From Oligoflexales bacterium (GTDB taxonomy: Bacteria; Bdellovibrionota_B; Oligoflexia; Oligoflexales; CAIYRB01): 10,616 bases of DNA. Position 1 is the stretch's first letter. Each line of letters starts with the position of its first letter. Positions 1-6,324 of the stretch are shown one piece after another. A program made the translations under genes and the position numbers. The stretch covers positions 1-10,616 of the forward strand of contig JBGSUI010000251.1 in the NCBI GenBank assembly GCA_041736175.1, written 5' to 3'. A model generated the notes under the pieces. The model was given only the letters and a program-made list of their open reading frames with translations. It was not told where the DNA came from and did not search any database.

Positions 1-1
1 A

Positions 2-82
2 ATTCAAAAAGATGCTCAAACACAAAACTCTAAAATCTGGCTAGTGGTCCTCGGCTATGATAAAAGCGGGAAATTAAGCTGA
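2..82 (+). CDS. Possible 3' end of an upstream ORF (IQKDAQTQNSKIWLVVLGYDKSGKLS*), product unknown
   Basis: Frame is open from the window edge to TGA at 80-82. Too short to assign. Confidence 0.3.
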   Translation: MQKDAQTQNSKIWLVVLGYDKSGKLS

Positions 83-113
83 TATTCCGCAGAAAACACA
101 CGTTTCATATAAA

Positions 114-138
114 TAGATCTTCTGCATTGCAAGATCTA
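114..138. repeat. Inverted repeat/hairpin TAGATCTT-N9-AAGATCTA at the junction where the fibre-gene repeat homology begins
   Basis: 114-121 TAGATCTT is the exact reverse complement of 131-138 AAGATCTA. Similarity to the internal repeat at 1022 onward starts at ~140. Confidence 0.7.
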
Positions 139-140
139 AG

Positions 141-2060
141 ACTTACAACTCCAGTACTGGCGTTTTTGGTCTCGGCCAAGCAGGTGGCGCGGCCGATGGT
201 TACTTAGCCTCCTCGGATTTTACGATTTTCAACAACAAACAGGCTGCGATCACCACTAGTTCGGTGATAAACGGAGGAACGTTTACGACTGCCCTGCAAA
301 ACGGTGTGGAAGTCAAACCCTACAGCACTGGTGCGGGCCAGACCGGCGAACTACGATTTGACGAACTCGCTGCTAACGGCACAAACTACGTAGCGATCAA
401 GTCACCGGATGATTTAACAGGAAATGTGGTCCTTACCCTGCCGACGGGTGCCGGGAGTTCTGGGCAAGTATTGTCTACAAACGGCTCAGGCACTTTAAGC
501 TGGATCTCCCCTGGTGGAGGCGGTACCGTGACCAGTGTCGGGATCACCGCTCCAGCCGCTGGGATTGGCGTCTCAGGAGGCCCCGTCACAGGATCTGGGT
601 CTATGACTCTTTCCCTCACGGACGACCTGGCTGCCGTGGAAGGAATTTCCAGTACAGGCAGCGTGGAACGCACCGGTCTCAACACCTGGGGCACCTACAC
701 CGTCACGGCTGCTGGTAAAGCTCTGATCGACGATGCGGATACCACAGCCCAAAGGACAACCCTTGGTTTAGGAGCCCTTGCCACCGCGGCCTCCGTCTCC
801 GGGGGCACCGGTGGGACGATTACTGACGACTCTATCACCGACGCAGATATCAACTCTGCGGCAGCGATCGCCCAGTCAAAAATCTCGGGGCTTTCCACCT
901 CTCTTTCGGGCAAAGAACCCACCCTCGCTGCTGGCACGACAGCCCAATTCTACCGTGGTGACAAGTCATGGTATGATTTTAACACCGCGGCCCGCGGTGC
1001 CGTAAGCATCACGGCTCCCTTGACTTACAACTCCGGTACTGGCGTTTTTGGTTTAGGCCAAGCAGGTGGCGCGGCCGATGGTTACCTAGCTTCCTCTGAT
1101 TTTTTAGCTTTTAATAGCAAACAAGCGGCCATCACAGCGGCGACGACTGTCAACGCTGGGACCGTGACCACCGCCCTGCAAAACGGAGTGGAAGTCAAAC
1201 CCTTCAACACGGGAGCTGGTCAGACAGGGGAACTACGTTTTGACGAACTCGCGGCCAACGGAGCCAACTACGTGGGTTTTAAGGCCCCTGATGTTTTAGG
1301 GGCTGACAGAATCTGGACCCTGCCCTCCGGGGACGGAACCAGCGGCCAAATGCTCTCGACCAACGGCTCAGGTATCTTGGGCTGGTCGAGTGCCACCACA
1401 GGCACGGTCACCAGTGTGGGGCTCACTGCTCCCGCCGCAGGGATCACCGTCTCAGGGGGTTCTATCACATCCTCAGGCTCCTTCACACTCAGTCTCGCCG
1501 ACGACCTGGCCGCCGTGGAAGCCCTTGGCACCACGGGCAGCGTGGAACGGACCGGTCTCAACACCTGGGGCACCTACAGCGTCACAGCGGCTGGTAAAGC
1601 TTTGATCGACGATGCTGATGCCAGCGCCCAACGAACAACCCTTGGTTTAGGATCGTTGGCAACCGCATCGACCGTCTCCGGGGGCACCGGTGGGACCATC
1701 ACCGATGACTCTATCACCGACGCAGATATCAACAGCGCGGCAGCCATCGCCCAAAGTAAGATTTCTGGGCTTACGACATCACTTTCGGGCAAACAAGGGA
1801 CAATCACGACAGCTTCTGTGATCAACGGGGGTACGTTTACGACCGTCCTGCAAAATGGGGTGGAAGTCAAACCCTACAACACGGGAGCAGGCCAGACAGG
1901 GGAAATGCGTTTTGACGAACTCGCTGCCAATGGCACCAACTACGTGGGGTTTAAGGCCCCCGATACCCTCGCAGCGGACAAAGTCTGGACTCTGCCCGCC
2001 GCCGATGGGACCAGCGGTCAGGCCCTCACCACCAACGGCACGGGCTCCTTGGCCTGGAGC
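141..2060 (+). repeat. Large intragenic tandem repeats: unit 1 141-1022, unit 2 1023-1793 (shorter), partial unit 3 ~1794-2060
   Basis: ACTTACAACTCC(A/G)GTACTGGCGTTTTTGGT at 141 and 1023 (882-bp period, 879 after a one-codon indel). The LQNGVEVKP...RFDELAANG module begins at 264, 1146 and 1818. Confidence 0.95.
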
Positions 2061-3086
2061 ACTGTGGGTGGCGGATCCCTGACCCTTTCTTCCAAAAGCT
2101 CCGACTATACGGTAACCACAGGAGACGCCGGAGAATATTTTATGGTCTCAGGTAACCTGACGACACTCACACTCCCCACCGCAGCCACGGCAGGATCGGG
2201 CTTTGGGATCACCGTTAAATCCAACGGGGGCTGGGCCTTGGTCGCACGCTCGGGTTCGGATCAGATTGAAGGGGCTACGACCCCGCTAGCCATTCCCACC
2301 CAGGGAGTGGCTCAGATCGTGACGGATGGGACTGGGTGGTACGTCGTCAATCCCATGGTCAATCTCTATCGCGGTACCCCAGTATCCTGTGGTGCGGACT
2401 GCTATGCTAACGGTACAGCCATCACGGCTGGGCTCGCCTATACGGCCACAGGCAAAGCCCTGGTGTTAGGATCTTACACCATCTGGTATGATGCCAACGG
2501 GACCAGAGTCCTGCGTGTGGACGGCTCGGACAACTGGCATAAGGCCCTTAATGCTAACGGGCGTACCTTTAGTTCCACTGACCTCAACAAAAACTTAGCA
2601 GACATCGGTGGGCGGGTATGTCCTGTAAACGTCTATGTGGATGATGGCAATAAGGTCGCTACGGGGCGGTGTGTTTATTATGACCGGGGCAACATGTCCC
2701 AACGATTGGATGCATCTCTCCTGGATGCCACCACCAATCAGTCCACTGCAGGGTCCTATCGCCTGGGTTTATGGGATACGGCCGCGGGTGGTAACACGAC
2801 CGGTGCGTCCTGGTATGAGGGCAATATCCAGACCTGTGTTAACAAAGGCATGCGCCTGCCTCTGCTCTATGAGACATCCGCAGCGGATCCTGCAGGCACC
2901 TACAAGCCCGCAGACCCAGCTTCCCCAAGCTGGTCCTCAGCGTCTACAGGGGTCCCGTCGTTGGGAGACTATACCTGGACGTCGTCCGCCTATACCTTCG
3001 ATTCCTACCTTTACTGGGTGTGGGCGGGCACGGGGACCTCCTACGGTTACCTCAACACCTACCCGGTGCGTTGTGTTGTCCCGTAG
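264..3086 (+). CDS. Repetitive tail-fibre-like adhesin with C-terminal C-type-lectin-fold domain; putative DGR target protein; probably 5'-truncated (frame open from 117, repeat homology from 141)
   Basis: G/T/S/A-rich repeats with fibre-type motifs (LTLPxxxGxxGQxLxTNGxGxLxW x3; AGKALIDDADxxAQRTTLGLG x2; ITDADINSAAAIAQSKISGL x2). A beta-rich module (SKSSDYTVTTGDAG...IVTDGTGWYVV) at ~2079-2348. A Cys-containing C-terminus with WYEGNIQTCVNKGMRLPLLYE...YTWTSS...VRCV. No signal peptide or convincing RBS at GTG 264. Confidence 0.8.
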   Translation: MINGGTFTTALQNGVEVKPYSTGAGQTGELRFDELAANGTNYVAIKSPDDLTGNVVLTLPTGAGSSGQVLSTNGSGTLSWISPGGGGTVTSVGITAPAAGIGVSGGPVTGSGSMTLSLTDDLAAVEGISSTGSVERTGLNTWGTYTVTAAGKALIDDADTTAQRTTLGLGALATAASVSGGTGGTITDDSITDADINSAAAIAQSKISGLSTSLSGKEPTLAAGTTAQFYRGDKSWYDFNTAARGAVSITAPLTYNSGTGVFGLGQAGGAADGYLASSDFLAFNSKQAAITAATTVNAGTVTTALQNGVEVKPFNTGAGQTGELRFDELAANGANYVGFKAPDVLGADRIWTLPSGDGTSGQMLSTNGSGILGWSSATTGTVTSVGLTAPAAGITVSGGSITSSGSFTLSLADDLAAVEALGTTGSVERTGLNTWGTYSVTAAGKALIDDADASAQRTTLGLGSLATASTVSGGTGGTITDDSITDADINSAAAIAQSKISGLTTSLSGKQGTITTASVINGGTFTTVLQNGVEVKPYNTGAGQTGEMRFDELAANGTNYVGFKAPDTLAADKVWTLPAADGTSGQALTTNGTGSLAWSTVGGGSLTLSSKSSDYTVTTGDAGEYFMVSGNLTTLTLPTAATAGSGFGITVKSNGGWALVARSGSDQIEGATTPLAIPTQGVAQIVTDGTGWYVVNPMVNLYRGTPVSCGADCYANGTAITAGLAYTATGKALVLGSYTIWYDANGTRVLRVDGSDNWHKALNANGRTFSSTDLNKNLADIGGRVCPVNVYVDDGNKVATGRCVYYDRGNMSQRLDASLLDATTNQSTAGSYRLGLWDTAAGGNTTGASWYEGNIQTCVNKGMRLPLLYETSAADPAGTYKPADPASPSWSSASTGVPSLGDYTWTSSAYTFDSYLYWVWAGTGTSYGYLNTYPVRCVVP
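2967..3086 (+). other. Putative DGR variable region (VR)
   Basis: Lies at the extreme 3' end of a CLec-like domain between WTSS and VRCV. None of the 39 codons in 2967-3083 ends in A. Runs of NNC/NNT codons (TAT ACC TTC GAT TCC TAC CTT TAC; ACC TCC TAC GGT TAC CTC AAC ACC TAC) fit mutagenised AAY codons. An Avd-like gene is adjacent. No TR was available to confirm. Confidence 0.65.
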
Positions 3087-3103
3087 TTGGCCGGCGACAC
3101 CTA

Positions 3104-3144
3104 GAAACTTGAAACTTGAAACTTGAATTTTTTTTTCTTTTTTT
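3104..3144 (+). repeat. (GAAACTT)x3 tandem repeat followed by T-rich tract; candidate cis-acting retrohoming or termination element
   Basis: GAAACTT at 3104, 3111 and 3118, then GAA, T9, C, T7, starting 17 nt after the stop codon. Confidence 0.75.
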
Positions 3145-3168
3145 AATGCAGCAAAGCCCCCAGGATCT

Positions 3169-3570
3169 TTAACGTGGCCCGGGCCTTTGGTTAAATAGCC
3201 CGATAAGATATTTTTCCCATCCGGCAATTTGCTTGGAGATGTTTTCGATTTCAGCCATGGCCCGGAGGTAAAACCCTTCGGACAGGGCTTTAGACCTCCA
3301 GAGTAGGGTCGAAAATCCCTTGATGTTTTCCGCGTAGGCGCGCAGCTCGTGGAGTTTGGCCGCGACCTCTGTGATGGGGAAGCCGAGGGGTGAGGCTTTA
3401 ATGACGTTGACCTGAATGGTAAGTCGCATCATGGCAGAAAGGGAGCCGAGGATCTCCTGCTCAAGGATGCTGATTCGTAAATACTTAGACATGTTGCGGT
3501 GGACTTCGAAAAATCGCCCGTAGAGTGAGAGTAGATCGCTGTGGATCTGGGGCTCGGTGCAGTACGCCAA
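3169..3570 (-). CDS. avd: Avd-like four-helix-bundle protein (DGR accessory variability determinant / 23S rRNA IVP-like family)
   Basis: 133 aa, helical. Pattern PQIHSDLLSLY...NMSKYLRISILEQEI...ALSEGFY...EIENISKQIAGWEKY matches the Avd hallmark ending (I.KQ..GW.K). TTG start with GAAGGGTG upstream. Confidence 0.8.
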   Translation of the reverse strand: MAYCTEPQIHSDLLSLYGRFFEVHRNMSKYLRISILEQEILGSLSAMMRLTIQVNVIKASPLGFPITEVAAKLHELRAYAENIKGFSTLLWRSKALSEGFYLRAMAEIENISKQIAGWEKYLIGLFNQRPGPR

Positions 3571-3796
3571 ACGTCACCCTTCGACGACTTTCAGTCTTGG
3601 CGGTGATTTGGGGCGTCTGGGCATTTATGAACACATCGATTGTTCAAAAGACAAATTGATTGGTGGCTTTCTTTGGCGGCGCTTCCGGTCAAATGCGGTA
3701 TTAAGCTCCCAAGGTGTCAACATACGGTCGTCGCTAATACTCGCTTGCTTAGCTCCACCCAATTATCTAACTGCCATTGCTTCGAAAAAAATTGGG

Positions 3797-3826
3797 TTGA
3801 TTTACTTATCATTATGTGGTTAGGCT
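3797..3826 (+). promoter_or_regulatory. Possible sigma70-type promoter for the three-gene cassette
   Basis: TTGATT (3797-3802), 18-nt spacer, TAGGCT (3821-3826), ~80 nt upstream of GTG 3905. Confidence 0.3.
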
Positions 3827-3904
3827 AGACAGCATGCGTTTGACCGAAAAGGCTAGACGCTTTGCGTAGCCTAGAAGAGTGGGAAGCTGGATAAAGGACG
3901 AATC

Positions 3905-4729
3905 GTGGCCGGAGATTTCCCGAGATATCAACAGCTCGAAAAGCACCTACTAGCACAGGTTATTCTTCGCTTTGACTATTCACCAGTTCTCAAGTTGGCT
4001 GACAAGACACCAGCCGGAGAGTTGATAACGGCGAAAAAGAACGACTTTGTTGAAAAGTACGTTGAGAAAGTCCGCAAGTTATTGCCATTATTTCAATATG
4101 AGCAGACCTCTCCCGAAGAATTCATTTTTCAGGTTACTGACAACGGCCCCCAAGCGCGTCGCGAGCCACGGACAACTGTACACAAGTTCGCTACTCCAGA
4201 TGGCGCGACGTTTATCGAGACGTCGTTCTTGTACCTAGCTGTAGCCATGAGTGGGGCACAGTACAAGGGCTTCAGTGCCTTTCTGGATCTTTTGTTTCCA
4301 GTTTGGCAGGTGTTTTCGACGGACTTTGCAATAGACAAGGTCAAACGTGTAGGCATTCGGAAGATCAATCACATAGTGAAGCCAGGAACACCCGACAGTG
4401 TTCGGTTTGATGCAGAAGTTAGCGAAGAGGTGCTCGGTCCGACCAGGGCATTCGGGGCATCACTATCTGAATGGGGGATAGGTCTTCATCGGAAGGAAGA
4501 CACCGCGGGACCAGAAAATCGAGTCACTATCGGAACTAGGCAGGGTCATTCAGATGGGAAAGATGCGACTTTGCTGTTTTTGGATTTCGATGTGTTTAGT
4601 GCCCATGTAAGGAACAACGACGGCTCAATGCGCGAGTACCTTCAGGATGTACTAAATCATCGACATTGGGAACTGTTCTGTAACTTTATGAACAGGAAGA
4701 AGCTTCAAGAGTTGGGGTTAAAAGCTTAA
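3905..4729 (+). CDS. TIGR04255-like family protein
   Basis: 274 aa. N-terminal 'L.QVILRFDY', central 'YKGFSAF', 'VKRVGIRKINHI' (family pattern R.G.RYIN.I) and C-terminal 'LDFDVF'. AAAGGA RBS at 3893-3898. Confidence 0.7.
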   Translation: MAGDFPRYQQLEKHLLAQVILRFDYSPVLKLADKTPAGELITAKKNDFVEKYVEKVRKLLPLFQYEQTSPEEFIFQVTDNGPQARREPRTTVHKFATPDGATFIETSFLYLAVAMSGAQYKGFSAFLDLLFPVWQVFSTDFAIDKVKRVGIRKINHIVKPGTPDSVRFDAEVSEEVLGPTRAFGASLSEWGIGLHRKEDTAGPENRVTIGTRQGHSDGKDATLLFLDFDVFSAHVRNNDGSMREYLQDVLNHRHWELFCNFMNRKKLQELGLKA

Positions 4730-5239
4730 GTGGATTTCACACCATCTTCATCAGTACCTAGTAAGGGGTTCGTGGCAAATAATGCGCTTGATTCAACCCG
4801 ATCGTCGCCCTTTCGCGGAGCCGTCACAGTCCTAGGAAGGACTGTTCACATTTCCGATCATGCTATACCTGGATTCGTCGAACATCGCGAGGTCGAGTTT
4901 GAGAACTGGAGTGTTGGCCGGGTGAGCGCAACTTGGGAGTATGTTGTTATCAGGAAGGAGCTCTATAGAGCGCGGGTGAAGCTGGTCAAGATTGACGGGG
5001 AAAATCAATGGCGAGTTAGAACCAGCCTTGATGCCGACACAGAATTGGATCTAATGTTTCCCGAGGAAGCTTTTACTCCTTCAGGAACTTCGACAGAAGA
5101 AGTCGCCAATCTTGAGATAAGGTCTTTCCTAGGTCGGATTCGGAAGACGTATACGCTGCACCCACTTAAGAAATTAACAGTTACTCGCGAAGAAGTCGAA
5201 GAAGTATTGACACCCTTCCTCGATAATCCACCGTTTTAG
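4730..5239 (+). CDS. Hypothetical protein (169 aa), middle gene of the cassette
   Basis: ORF exactly fills the gap between its neighbours (TAA|GTG and TAG|ATG, zero-nt spacing). Low-complexity N-terminus and beta-rich core. Start is uncertain. Confidence 0.7.
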   Translation: MDFTPSSSVPSKGFVANNALDSTRSSPFRGAVTVLGRTVHISDHAIPGFVEHREVEFENWSVGRVSATWEYVVIRKELYRARVKLVKIDGENQWRVRTSLDADTELDLMFPEEAFTPSGTSTEEVANLEIRSFLGRIRKTYTLHPLKKLTVTREEVEEVLTPFLDNPPF

Positions 5240-6268
5240 ATGGCAGTCGATATATATGTGGCCGGGCCAAAGGTCGGCGAAACAATTGTTATCGACCTGT
5301 TAGACGTCCAAAAGACAGTCGTGATAGACAGCGCTGGAGATCTTTCTGATCGCATCCTAAAGCTGATAGGTCGAAAAAAGATTGATCTCCTCTGTCTGAC
5401 CCACACGCATGCTGACCATGTCAGCGGCGCAGGGCACTTATTTGATTACTATGACCCCGAGTCAGTAGTAGTTTTCCATCCGTTTGCCGCAAGTTACTGG
5501 CTTGCTCTCTCCGCCTTTTGCAAGAAGAAGAGCCTTCCTCTAACTGAGCAGGAACAAAAAGATCTGACCCGGTTTGAGAGTTTGACTTCCAAAATTAGCG
5601 CCTTCGCTGAGAAATGTAAGATTGGCGGCCGGCACAGTGATTTTGTGCGCGCCGACTCAGACAAAGTTGTTGCCTCGACTTTCGTCACATCTCTGAATGG
5701 ATTACTTGAAATAGAGGTCGTACTTCCAATCGGGACGGTCCTTGAGCCTGTTCTGGCAAGCCTAAACAATAAGGATCCTAGCATCTTCGCCCTACTTCCG
5801 AACTCAGAAAATCAAAATCCGAACGACTACTGTGCTGGATTGGAGGTGCGATACGGCGGACAGGAGTTTCTGTTCCTTGCCGATGCGACGTCAGCAATGA
5901 CTGATGCTCTGGCAGACAGGATCGTCGCAAAACAAAAGAAGTATGCCTTCGTCAAGGCGTCACATCACGGGTCAAAGAACGGCAATCCACAGAAGCTGTG
6001 GGATGCTTTAAAGAATCGAGTCGATCACGTAGCTGTAACTCGATTCACGACGCATTCTCTTCCTGAGACCGAGATCATAAAAATGATTCGAGGATCGAAT
6101 GCGGACGTTAGAATAACCCCGCTCATAACTTCAGTCTTGTTTCAGAATGTAACCGGAGCGGGAATATTATCAGGGAAGCGAACTAAGACGAACCGGACTC
6201 CGCAGTGTCTCAAATATAGCTTCTCTGGCCCTTCTGGCGCGATTACGGTGGCTGAGCTTCAATTATGA
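5240..6268 (+). CDS. MBL-fold metallo-hydrolase, ComEC/Rec2-like soluble nuclease domain
   Basis: VGETIVI, VVIDS, THTHADHVSG (HxHxDH), NPND, FLFLADA and KASHHGS motifs. No transmembrane competence domain. Confidence 0.9.
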   Translation: MAVDIYVAGPKVGETIVIDLLDVQKTVVIDSAGDLSDRILKLIGRKKIDLLCLTHTHADHVSGAGHLFDYYDPESVVVFHPFAASYWLALSAFCKKKSLPLTEQEQKDLTRFESLTSKISAFAEKCKIGGRHSDFVRADSDKVVASTFVTSLNGLLEIEVVLPIGTVLEPVLASLNNKDPSIFALLPNSENQNPNDYCAGLEVRYGGQEFLFLADATSAMTDALADRIVAKQKKYAFVKASHHGSKNGNPQKLWDALKNRVDHVAVTRFTTHSLPETEIIKMIRGSNADVRITPLITSVLFQNVTGAGILSGKRTKTNRTPQCLKYSFSGPSGAITVAELQL

Positions 6269-6324
6269 TCTCCACTACGCCGTTGCCTCAAGTGATGTTG
6301 GTTAAAATTAAAGTCGTCTGACAC

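Noticed and set aside
141..2060. CRISPR array
   Set aside because: The repeats are long, in-frame coding duplications with no repeat-spacer structure.
386..2082. Antisense and alternate-frame ORFs inside the fibre gene (386-694, 695-937, 778-1005, 1268-1573, 1390-1605, 1574-1870, 1855-2082)
   Set aside because: Shadow ORFs of a GC-rich repetitive gene; they recur with the repeat period.
2635..3227. ORFs 2635-3126 (+) and 2937-3227 (-)
   Set aside because: They overlap the well-supported fibre and avd genes and have no recognisable motifs.
3757..3797. Inverted repeat ACCCAATT / AATTGGGT with a 25-nt spacer
   Set aside because: Short with a long loop; no function can be supported.
3557..3828. 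ORFs 3557-3823 and 3640-3828 (+)
   Set aside because: No RBS or motifs, mutually overlapping, and located in a likely divergent promoter region.
3571..3904. Candidate location for the DGR template repeat next to avd
   Set aside because: No similarity to the VR (e.g. CCGGTGCGTTGTGT or ACCTGGACG) on either strand and no AAC-rich runs.
5240..6268. Calling the MBL gene comEC or a beta-lactamase
   Set aside because: It lacks the ComEC transmembrane and OB domains, a signal peptide and any competence or resistance context.
3583..6318. 9-bp inverted repeat GACGACTTT (3583-3591) / AAAGTCGTC (6310-6318) bracketing the cassette as possible element ends
   Set aside because: The match does not extend, there is no target-site duplication or transposase, and a 9-mer match between two intergenic regions can arise by chance.
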